NCBI GenBank assembly: GCA_045863335.1
Contig: BTVY01000024.1
Coordinates: 32,001 to 96,000, forward strand
Direction: 5' to 3'
DNA from: Candidatus Hydrogenedentota bacterium
GTDB taxonomy: Bacteria > Hydrogenedentota > Hydrogenedentia > Hydrogenedentales > SLHB01
Length of the DNA: 64,000 nt
Shown here: one piece after another, positions 49,806 through 59,535 of the stretch
How the letters are laid out: every line of letters begins with the position of its first letter
Numbering within the stretch: position 1 is the first letter of the stretch
Notes under the pieces: generated by a model
Told to the model about the DNA's origin: nothing
What the model saw: only the letters and a program-made list of their open reading frames with translations
The model's database searches: none
Position numbers and translations under genes: made by a program

Positions 49806-51311
49806 TTACTTGATGGTGACGTACCGCGAACCGCCTTCCGCGTCTTCCACACGCAGCAAGGTGCCGCGCCCTTCTACGCCTTTGTCCATGGCTTGGCGGA
49901 AGTCGTTCACATTCTGTACCGTCTGGCGGTTTACTTCCGTGATCAGCATGCCGGGACGAAGGCCCGCCATGGCCGCTGCAGAACCGCGCACAACCTGACC
50001 GATTACAACGCCGGACTTGTTTTCGTACCCGAGGCGCTGGGCGGTTTCGTCTGTTAGATTCTCGATGGTGATACCGATCTTCTTGCCCTGTGCTTCGGCC
50101 TGCACCGCGGCACCGCCGGTGGATTTCATCTCGTCGCCTTTCATCTCGCCGATGGTGACCTGCTTGGACATGCGCTTGCCGTCGCGAATGATGGTGAGAT
50201 CGACTTCTTCACCCGCCGGTGTAGTCGCCACATGGCTGCGGAAGGAACCGGACGCAACGACGGGTTTGCCTTCATATTCGACGATAACGTCGTCTTTTTT
50301 CAGGCCTGCGCGATCGGCCGGAGTATCGGGCACCACGGATGCCACGAGCACGCCCTGGCTTTCGTCCACGTTGAACCATTCCGCCAAATCAGGGGTCAGG
50401 TTCTGAATGCCGATACCGAGGAACCCGCGCGTTACCGCGCCGTCTTCACGGAGTTCATCAACGACGTAACGCACCATGTTGATCGGGATGGCAAAGCCAA
50501 TCCCCATGTTCCCGCCGCTGCGGCTCAGAATGGCGGTGTTCATGCCGATGACTTCGCCGTTGAGGTTCAAGAGCGGACCGCCCGAGTTGCCCGGGTTGAT
50601 CGCCGCGTCGGTTTGGATGAAGTCGGCGTAGTCCACGATTCCCACATCGCCGCGGCCGCGGGCGCTCACGATACCGGCGGTCACGGTATGTTGAAGACCG
50701 AAGGGGCTGCCAATCGCCACGACCCATTCACCGACCTGGATCGCGTCGGAATCGCCGAACCTTAACGTGGGAAGATCTTTCGCGTCGACCTTAATCAACG
50801 CGACTTCCGTCTGCGGGTCAGAGCCGATTACTTCGGCATCGAATTCGCGCCCGTCGTCCAACCGCACCTCGACCACGTCCGCGCCGTCGACCACGTGACT
50901 GTTGGTGACGATATACCCGTCTTCGGACATAATGAAGCCGGTGCCTTCACCGTAGGCAAAAGGCGTACCGCCCGGCGCCGGGCTATCGGGTCCACCCGGA
51001 ATCTGGAATCCCGGTCCAAAGAACCGCTCGAACAGATCGCCCGGCGTCATTCCCGGCCCTTGCGTTGGTTGCAAGTCACGGCTCATGTCCTTTTTCACGC
51101 GAATGGAAACAACGGCCGGAGATGCTTCCGCGGACAGGCCGACAAAGGCCTCGCTCAGATTGTTCAGTGTCGACAGTGCCTCCTTCGACGGACCGTCCAC
51201 CTGCGCGATAGCAGGGGACGATGACATCAGGCTCGGCACCGCCGCCACCAGCCCGACTGCCATGACGGCAATCAAAGCTGATTTGATTTTGTGTGTGCTC
51301 AGGTAGCTCAT
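49806..51311 (-). CDS. degP: Periplasmic serine protease Do/DegP (HtrA) with two PDZ domains
   Basis: IVTNSHVV, QTDAAINPGNSGGPL, two PDZ domains, signal peptide. Confidence 0.93.
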   Translation of the reverse strand: MSYLSTHKIKSALIAVMAVGLVAAVPSLMSSSPAIAQVDGPSKEALSTLNNLSEAFVGLSAEASPAVVSIRVKKDMSRDLQPTQGPGMTPGDLFERFFGPGFQIPGGPDSPAPGGTPFAYGEGTGFIMSEDGYIVTNSHVVDGADVVEVRLDDGREFDAEVIGSDPQTEVALIKVDAKDLPTLRFGDSDAIQVGEWVVAIGSPFGLQHTVTAGIVSARGRGDVGIVDYADFIQTDAAINPGNSGGPLLNLNGEVIGMNTAILSRSGGNMGIGFAIPINMVRYVVDELREDGAVTRGFLGIGIQNLTPDLAEWFNVDESQGVLVASVVPDTPADRAGLKKDDVIVEYEGKPVVASGSFRSHVATTPAGEEVDLTIIRDGKRMSKQVTIGEMKGDEMKSTGGAAVQAEAQGKKIGITIENLTDETAQRLGYENKSGVVIGQVVRGSAAAMAGLRPGMLITEVNRQTVQNVNDFRQAMDKGVEGRGTLLRVEDAEGGSRYVTIK

Positions 51312-51396
51312 AAAGCCACTCCTTTCTTGTATGTGAATCTAGGTGAGCGAATCGTGCGGGCCCGTTCACCAGCCGCGTGACTCGCGGCGAACAAGG

Positions 51397-51412
51397 AGCA
51401 ACCGCCATGCCG
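51397..51412 (-). promoter_or_regulatory. sigma54 promoter of degP
   Basis: Minus strand CGGCAT-GGCGG-TTGCT (GG-N10-GC). Confidence 0.7.
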
Positions 51413-51683
51413 AACTGGGAAAAGAAGGAGCAACCTAAACGGTATGAAGCATTTAGCGCATATAACCCCCACAGCAGCCGTCACTCTGTTACCCGAGTTG
51501 AGGTATGGCTTCGCTGAGTTGAGGCACGGTTATACACGGGTGCGAGTTACTGGACGAATCCCGGATATTGGGTAGGTAATTCTCGCCGAAGGAAAGGCAA
51601 AAGCTGCCGAGATTCCGGGGGCACTCCAATCGCTCGCTTATGCAACTCAACCTTTAGCAACGACATAGCAATGTGTGATCGCG

Positions 51684-51699
51684 TGGCACAGGGGTTGCT
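51684..51699 (+). promoter_or_regulatory. sigma54 promoter of the flagellar operon
   Basis: TGGCAC-AGGGG-TTGCT, a near-perfect -24/-12 consensus. Confidence 0.85.
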
Positions 51700-51809
51700 C
51701 CTGCCTTTGAGACGGAGAATCTCTGACGGAGAGATCTCACAGATTGTAGCCGGGGCGGTCCTGGCCGGCCGTCCCGGCTCGATGAGAAGTTTCAGGGGAG
51801 TATTCATCA

Positions 51810-52202
51810 GTGGCATTTGCGGGTGTCGACACGGTTTCGCTGTTGACGGCGGGGATGAAGGTTGCGGTGCGTAACCAGTCCCTCATCGCCAACAACATCG
51901 CCAACGTGGATACCCCAAAGTATAACCCGGCCCGCCTGGACTTTCAGGCGAGCCTGCGAGATGCCCTCGAGGGGCGGGGCCCCGTCGCACTCCGCACGAC
52001 CATGGCCCGGCACCTCGACGCAACTCGCGAAATGCCACGTTTTGAACGCCTTGCGCTTTCGTCGAAAAATGATTACAATAAGGTCGATTTAGAGCAGGAA
52101 ATGGCTGATTTGGCCGAAAATACCGGAAAGTACACAACATATAGTAGCCTCTTGGCCAAGCACTTCCGGATGGTCAAGGACATGCTGTCCGGCCTGCGCT
52201 AA
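51810..52202 (+). CDS. flgB: Flagellar basal-body rod protein FlgB
   Basis: IANNIANVDTPKY, NKVDLEQEM. Confidence 0.95.
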   Translation: MAFAGVDTVSLLTAGMKVAVRNQSLIANNIANVDTPKYNPARLDFQASLRDALEGRGPVALRTTMARHLDATREMPRFERLALSSKNDYNKVDLEQEMADLAENTGKYTTYSSLLAKHFRMVKDMLSGLR

Positions 52203-52218
52203 GTAACGGTGGGGTAAT

Positions 52219-52638
52219 ATGTTAGAGGCGGTTTCGGCACGGGATATCGCGGTAACAGGGCTTCGCGCTCAGCGGACCCGTATGAACATTATCGCGCAGA
52301 ATATTGCCAACGCCATGTCGCCGGTCACGGCCAAGGGCGGCGCGTTCCGGCGGCAGATGGCCGTCCTGGAGGCCGACCAGATTACCCCGATCACGAAGCC
52401 GGATAAGTTCGGGGTGCGGGTGAAACAGATCGCCAGTGACCCTTCCCCGCTTCGCCGGGTATTCGAACCCAATAATCCCGTTGCCGACGAAGACGGGTAC
52501 GTGGAGTATCCCAACATCGATTTGTCAGTGGAGATGGTCGATTTGGTTTCTGCCCAGCGGGCGTATGAAGCGAACGTAGCAGTGGTGCTGTCAAGCAAAC
52601 GGATTTCTCAGAAGGCGTTGGACATCCTTCAGGTGTAG
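52219..52638 (+). CDS. flgC: Flagellar basal-body rod protein FlgC
   Basis: GLRAQRTRMNIIAQNIANA, GYVEYPNI, RAYEAN. Confidence 0.96.
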   Translation: MLEAVSARDIAVTGLRAQRTRMNIIAQNIANAMSPVTAKGGAFRRQMAVLEADQITPITKPDKFGVRVKQIASDPSPLRRVFEPNNPVADEDGYVEYPNIDLSVEMVDLVSAQRAYEANVAVVLSSKRISQKALDILQV

Positions 52639-52649
52639 CGTGAACGACG

Positions 52650-52970
52650 ATGAGTGAACCTTTCAAAGTAGGCGGGATACAACCTCAACGGATCGAAATT
52701 GATCCGTCGCAGATGCGGACTGCCAAACCTGCGCCGTCTTCGGTGGAAGGCAAGTCGTTCAAGGATGTGCTCACCGAATCGATTAGCGAAGTGCAGCGCC
52801 TGCAAACCGAAGCGGACACGACCATCAAGAAGCTCGTGGCGGGAGAGATTAAGGACGTAACCGAAGCGGTCGTCGCGGTGGAGAAGGCCGACGTGTCTTT
52901 TCAGACGATGATGGCGGTTCGGAACAAGATTGTTGCCGCATACGAAGAGATCATGCGGATGCAATTGTAA
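52650..52970 (+). CDS. fliE: Flagellar hook-basal body protein FliE
   Basis: SFKDVL, VRNKIVAAYEEIMRMQL. Confidence 0.96.
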   Translation: MSEPFKVGGIQPQRIEIDPSQMRTAKPAPSSVEGKSFKDVLTESISEVQRLQTEADTTIKKLVAGEIKDVTEAVVAVEKADVSFQTMMAVRNKIVAAYEEIMRMQL

Positions 52971-53026
52971 ACGCGAGGCACGGGTCGGCCAGCCCGGCTT
53001 CGCACAACAGTCGAAGAGAGAGGTCT

Positions 53027-53482
53027 GTGAGGGTTCTCCGTCAACTCGCAGTCGTAGCCCGCGCCTATTGGCACAACGTGCCCGTATGTGACCGGCGACG
53101 CTGCGTGGCCGTCTCGCTCCTGGTGCCGTTGGCGGCGCTAGCCGCTTACGACGCCCGGCCCCGGCCCGTGGAAACACAGCCCAAGCTGGTGCCCATGGTA
53201 TCGGGATTGACCGCGCGGGAAGCGGATATGCTTCGCGTTCTGCTGGAGTCGAGACGGGTCCCGTTTGAGATTCGGGACGGCGGGCAGACTGTATTGGTGC
53301 CGGCCGACCGACGCGCGGAGTTGACAGTTGAGTTGACCCAGAACGCCCCGACGGCCACCACCCCTCCGGACTGGAAAATCACGACTTCACCCGGTGTGGA
53401 CTGGACGTTGCGGGATCCTCGTCCGTTGCCGGTCGAAGGGAGCCGTCGTGTCCCGGCGCAAGACACGGCGGAGCGCGAATGA
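53027..53482 (+). CDS. Short diverged paralog of the FliF N-terminus (TM1 plus RBM1)
   Basis: MRVLRQL..W and VPFEIRDGGQTVLVPADRRAELTVEL versus FliF MEFLRQL..W and VPYRVVDGGQAVEVPVSDRSRLRVML. GAGAGAGG before the GTG. Confidence 0.7.
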   Translation: MRVLRQLAVVARAYWHNVPVCDRRRCVAVSLLVPLAALAAYDARPRPVETQPKLVPMVSGLTAREADMLRVLLESRRVPFEIRDGGQTVLVPADRRAELTVELTQNAPTATTPPDWKITTSPGVDWTLRDPRPLPVEGSRRVPAQDTAERE

Positions 53483-53624
53483 CTCGGGCGGGTCATCCGC
53501 GAACGGATCGAGGATGGGATGTTTTGGGTGTTGCGCTCAAATCGCGTGATATCGCAGAACGGGACCAGACCCGGCGGCGGCGGCTCAATCGAGCATCGGC
53601 GTCGAGGCAGGAAAGGCTTCACCT

Positions 53625-55187
53625 GTGGAATTTTTGCGCCAACTCTGGGGCGGAATAGCCCAAGCCTGGCAGCGGCTCTCCACGAGCGCGCGTGTCAACA
53701 TCGCCCTCGCATTTCTTTTCACTGTCGCCATCGTAGGCAGCATGGTGTATTTCGGCAGCCGTCCCCAGTATGTGACCCTCTTTGACGGTCTCGGCCCGGA
53801 AGACATGGTGGCGATCCAAACCCAACTGGATGACGAGAACGTGCCATACCGGGTCGTGGACGGGGGTCAAGCTGTCGAAGTCCCGGTTAGCGACCGCAGC
53901 CGTTTGCGCGTCATGCTCCTGGCCGCGGGTGTCCCCAAGACGCAGGGTACCCTGGCAGGATACGAAACCCTCGGTGCGACGAACTTCATGCAGAATCAGT
54001 TCGCCCAGGAGAAGGGGTATCAGATTGCGCTGATGGGCCAGCTCCAGCGCATGCTGAACGAGTTCAGCTTCGTGGACAAGTCTTTCGTCCAGATTACCGA
54101 AGCCAAAGAAGAGATATTTTCCGATTCGCAGAAGCCGTCTGAAGCCACCGTGACCCTCAAAGTCAATCGCCCTCTCAAAGAAGAAGACATCAAGGCCGTC
54201 CTGGGATGCATCAGCACCTTCGGCGGGGCGAATCTGACGCGGGAGAACATCAACCTCGTCACGGTCGATGGTCGAGTGCTGAACGCGCCCTCGGAGGACG
54301 ATTTCGATACCATCGCGAATTCCCGTCTCGCGTACATGAAGAATTACAAGAATGCGCTGGAACAGAGCGCCGAGGATGCGCTCCGGCAAATCGGCGTGCG
54401 CAGCGTGGTTCGCGTGAGCCTCGATATCGACAACAGCAGCGTCAAAGAACTTCGGGAAGAAGTCGAAAGCGGCGCCGTCGTGAGCAGCCTCACCTCCGAA
54501 TCCAGCACGCAGAACATAGATTCCCTGCCGGAAGGCCCTGCCGGAGCGCGCGCCAACCTTCCCGCGGACGCACCGGTACCCGGCGGCACCGGCACGGTGC
54601 AGACCGATTCGCAGACCCTTGAAAACTTTGAACCTTCGCGCACGACGACCGAGACCATTACGGGACCGGGCGATGTGGCGGTGACGCGGGTCACGGCCAT
54701 CGTCGAAGGGCGTTACCAGGATGAAATGAGCCCGGAAGGGGAACCGACCGGAGAAAAGGCCTATGTCGAGCGGACCAACGACGAGATTGACACGTACACG
54801 GAACTGGTTGCGGCGGCGGTGGGAGTAGCCGATGACAACATTGAAGTACGCGATCATCCCTTTGAACTGGAACAACTTGCCGCGGCGACCACGGCGTTCG
54901 ACCGGGTGGAGACGGCCGCGTGGCAAGGCACTCTGTTACAATGGGGTGAGTACGCGCTGAAAGGCATTCTGATCATCGTGGCCTTCTTCGTCGTCCGGTA
55001 TCTTGTGATGCGGGCCGCGGTCAGTCAGGACCAGGTCAAGGAGGAGGTCCACCTCGAGATTCAGCGCGCCACGCCGGAAGAGCGGCGGCGGCAAGAGATC
55101 GCGCAAGAGGTGGAGCGCGTCTCGCAAGATCAACCCGAAGCGGTGGCCTCGTTGCTGCGCACGTGGTTGAGCGAGACCGAGGAGTAG
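53625..55187 (+). CDS. fliF: Flagellar M-ring protein FliF
   Basis: Two TMs, ALMGQLQR, PSEATVTL, C-terminal PEAVASLLRTWL. Confidence 0.95.
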   Translation: MEFLRQLWGGIAQAWQRLSTSARVNIALAFLFTVAIVGSMVYFGSRPQYVTLFDGLGPEDMVAIQTQLDDENVPYRVVDGGQAVEVPVSDRSRLRVMLLAAGVPKTQGTLAGYETLGATNFMQNQFAQEKGYQIALMGQLQRMLNEFSFVDKSFVQITEAKEEIFSDSQKPSEATVTLKVNRPLKEEDIKAVLGCISTFGGANLTRENINLVTVDGRVLNAPSEDDFDTIANSRLAYMKNYKNALEQSAEDALRQIGVRSVVRVSLDIDNSSVKELREEVESGAVVSSLTSESSTQNIDSLPEGPAGARANLPADAPVPGGTGTVQTDSQTLENFEPSRTTTETITGPGDVAVTRVTAIVEGRYQDEMSPEGEPTGEKAYVERTNDEIDTYTELVAAAVGVADDNIEVRDHPFELEQLAAATTAFDRVETAAWQGTLLQWGEYALKGILIIVAFFVVRYLVMRAAVSQDQVKEEVHLEIQRATPEERRRQEIAQEVERVSQDQPEAVASLLRTWLSETEE

Positions 55188-55191
55188 AACG

Positions 55192-56217
55192 ACGGCTAAT
55201 CCACGCCACCAACTGATCAACCTCGATGGCCGAACAAAAGCGGCCATCTTTCTGGCCTGCCTGGGTCCCCAGGTGGCGAGCAAGGTCATGTCCAAGCTGA
55301 GCGAAGAAGAAATCGAGCAGCTTACGCTGGACCTGTCGAGCCTGGGAACGGTCGAGCCGGAGATGCGCGAGGCGATCGTCGAGGAATTCCACCAGATGTA
55401 CGTGGCCAACCGGTACGTCACGGCGGGCGGTATCGAGTATGCCCGCCACGTGCTGGAAACGGCTCTGGGACCGGAGCGCGCGCTGGAGATTCTGACACGG
55501 CTACAAAGCAGTCTGCAGGAAGTCCCATTCGAGTTCTTGAAGCGCGCCGACCCTTCGCAGATCTGCACATTTATTCAGGACGAACATCCGCAGACGATCG
55601 CGTTGATTCTCGCGCACCTGGCGCCGAACGTCGCCAGTATCGTGCTGTCGGCATTGCCCCAGGAAATCCGCGCAGACGTCGTGCTCCGGATTGCATCCAT
55701 GGACCGCACGCCGCCGGAGATCGTGCGCGAAGTGGAGCGCGTGCTCGAACGCAAGATGGCGTCGGTGTTCAGCCAGGGATTCACCTTTGCGGGCGGCGTA
55801 AAGGAAGTCGCGGAGATTCTGAACAGCATCGATCGCGGCACGGAAAAGTCCATCATGGCCGAACTCGAGGAGCGCGACCCGGAACTGGCTGACGAAATCG
55901 CGCGGCTCATGTTTACCTTCGACGATTTGATCCACGTGGACGACAGCGGCATTCAGAAGGCGCTTCGTGAAATCGAACAACGCGACCTCGCGCTGGCGTT
56001 GAAGACCGCTAACGAGGATCTAAGTGAGAAAATACTCCACAACATGTCTGAGCGCGCTCGCGAGATGATCAAGGAAGAAATGGAATACATGGGTCCGGTG
56101 CGCCTGCGTACGGTGGAAGAGGCCCAGCAGAAGATTGTCAGCGTGATTCGGCGGCTCGAGGAATCGGGAGACGTCGTCATCTCTCGCGGGGGCGGGACAG
56201 ACGAGATCGTCGTCTAG
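55192..56217 (+). CDS. fliG: Flagellar motor switch protein FliG (apparent non-canonical start)
   Basis: LDGRTKAAIFLACLG lies in frame upstream of the track's GTG 55273; EHPQTIALIL, MFTFDDL, GPVRLRTVEEAQ. Confidence 0.95.
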   Translation, partial: TANPRHQLINLDGRTKAAIFLACLGPQVASKVMSKLSEEEIEQLTLDLSSLGTVEPEMREAIVEEFHQMYVANRYVTAGGIEYARHVLETALGPERALEILTRLQSSLQEVPFEFLKRADPSQICTFIQDEHPQTIALILAHLAPNVASIVLSALPQEIRADVVLRIASMDRTPPEIVREVERVLERKMASVFSQGFTFAGGVKEVAEILNSIDRGTEKSIMAELEERDPELADEIARLMFTFDDLIHVDDSGIQKALREIEQRDLALALKTANEDLSEKILHNMSERAREMIKEEMEYMGPVRLRTVEEAQQKIVSVIRRLEESGDVVISRGGGTDEIVV

Positions 56218-56286
56218 TCGTTGCATCGAGATGCGGACTGGGCGCGCCGCGTGAAGACACGCGGCACCACGACAGGAAGAGTGCCC

Positions 56287-56934
56287 TTGGGCAAGATCAT
56301 CAAATCCGCCGAAGACAAGGCTACCAACTGCTCGCCGTTTCAGCGCGACGCCTTGGAGCATTTCACGGCATCGTCGTTCACGGACGACGCGGGGGGATTC
56401 GATCCCAGTGCCGTGATTGCCGAGGTTCAGGCCGAAGCGGAACAGATCCGCCAGGAGGCTCAGGAACAAGGATACGCGGACGGCGTGGAGGCCGGACAGG
56501 AAGCCGCGCGACAAGAATTGGCGTCCGCCATTCAGGGACTCGCGGCCGCGTCTGACGCGATCCGGCAGTCGCACGAGGAGTACGTGGCGAACCTCGAACC
56601 GGAGATGCTGCGATTGGTCCGCTACATCACCGAGCAGGTAATCCGGCGCGAGATCCGGGGCGATTTGGACATCGTTCAGAACACCATACGCGCGGCGTTG
56701 AAGAACGTGCTGGATCGGGAACACACGGTTGTCCACCTGAATCCGGAGGATCTCGACGCGCTTACAGAAGCGGGAATCGATCCCGTTGCGATGTTGAGCA
56801 AGTATGAACGGCTGGAACTGGCGCCTGACGAAACAGTGACGCGCGGCGGCTGTGTCGTGGAAAGCCGGACCTTGTCGGTCGATGCCCAACTCGACACGCA
56901 GTTGCAGCGGATTTTCGAAGCGTTAACGGACTGA
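56287..56934 (+). CDS. fliH: Flagellar assembly protein FliH
   Basis: AQEQGYADGVEAG repeat, VHLNPED, RGGCVVES. Start is TTG 56287 or GTG 56281. Confidence 0.9.
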   Translation: MGKIIKSAEDKATNCSPFQRDALEHFTASSFTDDAGGFDPSAVIAEVQAEAEQIRQEAQEQGYADGVEAGQEAARQELASAIQGLAAASDAIRQSHEEYVANLEPEMLRLVRYITEQVIRREIRGDLDIVQNTIRAALKNVLDREHTVVHLNPEDLDALTEAGIDPVAMLSKYERLELAPDETVTRGGCVVESRTLSVDAQLDTQLQRIFEALTD

Positions 56935-56938
56935 ACCA

Positions 56939-58255
56939 TTGGCACACCTGAACGCAGACGCCTGCATCGAACGCATCCGGGGGACGCGGCCTATCGCGGT
57001 CTACGGAAAAGTCGTGGACGTGGTGGGGCTGACCATCGAGGCCACAGGGCCGCCCATGCACATTGGCGACTTGTGCTATGTGGAACCGCCCCGCGGCGGC
57101 GAAGCCATTCCCGTCGAGGTGGTGGGTTTCCGCGGCAACCGGATGCTTCTCATGCCGCTGGGCGACATGGCCGGAATCGCGCCCAACAGCGTCGTCCACC
57201 CCACGTTCAAACCCCAGATGGTTCGCACGGGCCTGGACCTCCTGGGCCGCGTCATTGGCAGCATGGGGGCGGCCATCGACGGCAGGCCCGATCCGCTGGG
57301 TTCGCACAAGATTCCCCTCATGGCTTCGCCGCCTGGACCCTTGGTGCGGCAGCGCATCACCGAGCCGCTGGCAACCGGGGTGCGCGCCATCGACGCCTGC
57401 ATCACCTGCGGCAAGGGCCAACGCATGGGCATCCTCGCCGGCAGCGGCGTCGGCAAAAGCAAGCTGATCGGCATGGTCGCACGCAACACGAATGCGGACG
57501 TAAATGTCATCGCGCTCATTGGCGAACGGGGTCGCGAAGTTCGCGATTTCGTGGAAGCCGACCTTGGGCCGGAAGGGCTGGCGCGTTCCGTGGTCGTAGT
57601 GGCGACCTCCGACGAGCCGGCGCTAATGCGTATCAAAGGCGCCTACCTTGCCACCGCCATCGCGGAATGGTTTCGCGACCAGGGGGCGGATGTGCTGCTC
57701 ATGATGGACTCCATCACGCGGTTCGCGATGGCGCAGCGCGAAGTCGGGCTGGCGGTCGGAGAGCCCCCTACTACGAAGGGCTATCCACCATCGGTGTACG
57801 CCCTCCTCCCCCGCCTGTTGGAACGCGCGGGACACGCAGAATCCGGCAGTATCACCGGCATCTATACCGTGCTCGTCGAAGCGGACGATTTGAACGATCC
57901 CATCGGCGACGCTGTGCGCAGTATTCTTGACGGCCACGTGGCCCTGTCGCGCGACTTGGCCACGCGCAACCATTATCCAGCCATCGACGTGCTGGAAAGC
58001 GTCAGTCGTTGCATGATTGACGTCACGTCCGACGAACGGCAAAGACTCGCGGGCGAACTTCGACGTGTGCTGGCGACGTTCCGGGACGCCGAGGACTTGG
58101 TCAATATCGGCGCATATGTGGATGGAAGCAATCCGGAAATCGACCGCGCGATACGGCTTCTCCCCTACCTGCGATCATTTCTCCAGCAAGGGCTGGTAGA
58201 ATCGACTCCGTTCGAGGAGATTGACGGCATGCTCCAGAAAGCGTTGAAAGGGTAG
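56939..58255 (+). CDS. fliI: Flagellum-specific ATPase FliI
   Basis: GSGVGKS, IGERGREV, MDSITRFAMAQRE, GEPPTTKGYPPS. Confidence 0.97.
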   Translation: MAHLNADACIERIRGTRPIAVYGKVVDVVGLTIEATGPPMHIGDLCYVEPPRGGEAIPVEVVGFRGNRMLLMPLGDMAGIAPNSVVHPTFKPQMVRTGLDLLGRVIGSMGAAIDGRPDPLGSHKIPLMASPPGPLVRQRITEPLATGVRAIDACITCGKGQRMGILAGSGVGKSKLIGMVARNTNADVNVIALIGERGREVRDFVEADLGPEGLARSVVVVATSDEPALMRIKGAYLATAIAEWFRDQGADVLLMMDSITRFAMAQREVGLAVGEPPTTKGYPPSVYALLPRLLERAGHAESGSITGIYTVLVEADDLNDPIGDAVRSILDGHVALSRDLATRNHYPAIDVLESVSRCMIDVTSDERQRLAGELRRVLATFRDAEDLVNIGAYVDGSNPEIDRAIRLLPYLRSFLQQGLVESTPFEEIDGMLQKALKG

Positions 58256-58260
58256 CGGCG

Positions 58261-58725
58261 ATGGCTCGGCGGCGGCGAATCAATTTCGACGTGCTCCTGC
58301 GGGTCCGGGAGCGGCAGGAGCAATTGCGCGCGCAAGCCCTTGCCGAAACGCGCCGGGAAATCCGCACGCACGAGCACACGCGGGAATCGTTGCAGCAGGA
58401 ACAGGCTCGAATGTTTGAGGAGGCGGGCCGCGAAACTCAGACGTCCATTTCGGCGCGCCGGATACACGGGTATTTCATGTACGAGCGTCATCTGGCCCGC
58501 GAGGCGGTCGAGCAGGACGCTGCCATTCGGGAACTTCGCGGCGTGGAGTCCGAACGCCGGATGGAATTGGAAGAGGCGATGAAGCGGAAGCGTATCGTGG
58601 AACGCCTGCGGGATCGGGACCTGGAGGAGCGGCTCGACGCGATTCGCTCGCAGGAACAGAAGAACGCCGACGAGATTGCTTCCGGCCGCGCGGCGCTTCG
58701 GGGCCGCAGGGAACGTGAACGATGA
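58261..58725 (+). CDS. fliJ: Flagellar export protein FliJ
   Basis: Coiled coil after fliI; FDVLLRVR...EQKNADE. Confidence 0.88.
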   Translation: MARRRRINFDVLLRVRERQEQLRAQALAETRREIRTHEHTRESLQQEQARMFEEAGRETQTSISARRIHGYFMYERHLAREAVEQDAAIRELRGVESERRMELEEAMKRKRIVERLRDRDLEERLDAIRSQEQKNADEIASGRAALRGRRERER

Positions 58726-59288
58726 AAGTACTGTTCTTCCTCATACTCGCGCTGCTATCGTTTGCGCTGACGCTTGTGGGGATGCTCGCGTACACGGGCA
58801 ACCTGAACAAGGAAGGCTTGGACAAGATACTCGGCCGCAACCAACCCGAGGGCGTGGTGGAGACCGAACTGGAGCCCGATGAGTTGTCCGAAACCGCGAA
58901 GGCCCTGCGCGAGCGCGAGGAAGCGTTGGCGGCGCGCGAGCGGGATTTGGAGCTGCAGCAACAACGCCTCAACGAAACCCAGGATCAGATGGAAGAGTTG
59001 CGAAGCAACCTTCAGGATTTGATCGCGCAGTTGACGCAGACGGTCGATACGATGGACGCGACTGAAGCGGCCCAGTTGCAGGAAGTCGCGAATTCCCTGG
59101 GTGGGATGAAGGAAGACCAGGCCGCCATGGTTCTGGAAGAGTGGCCCGCCGAACAAGGCGCGCGATTGCTTCAGCTCATCGAGGATCGGAAGCGCGGGAA
59201 GATTCTCGACAAGATGAATGAGCAGAAAGCCTCCGAATTCCTGCGCGCCATGGCCGAACAACAAGCGACACCCGCTCCCGCGGGGTAA
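58722..59288 (+). CDS. MotE/YlxF-like flagellar protein (TM, coiled coil, MgtE_N-like repeats)
   Basis: MKEDQAAMVL, RKRGKILDKMNEQKA; position between fliJ and fliK. Confidence 0.8.
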   Translation: MKVLFFLILALLSFALTLVGMLAYTGNLNKEGLDKILGRNQPEGVVETELEPDELSETAKALREREEALAARERDLELQQQRLNETQDQMEELRSNLQDLIAQLTQTVDTMDATEAAQLQEVANSLGGMKEDQAAMVLEEWPAEQGARLLQLIEDRKRGKILDKMNEQKASEFLRAMAEQQATPAPAG

Positions 59289-59313
59289 GGAACGCGGCGT
59301 TCGTTCTCCGGTT

Positions 59314-59351
59314 GATCCGATCCCGATAGCGATCCCGATAGCGATCCCGAT
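59314..59351. repeat. Hexamer simple-sequence repeat (CGATCC/CGATAG)
   Basis: GATCCGATCCCGATAGCGATCCCGATAGCGATCCCGAT. Confidence 0.8.
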
Positions 59352-59535
59352 TTTTGGGGGTTGGGTAATATCGTAGACGTTTCCGATCATCCTTATTGTC
59401 CGCTCCTTCGGTAGGGGCTTTCCGCTCAGGCAACTACAGAGCGCCCCTCTTCACGTATCAATACCCATCCTGTTCCCTGGTCCACGGGAGAGATGCGTTT
59501 TCCGTGGCTTTGGATACGACTTCTATGGAAAGGAG

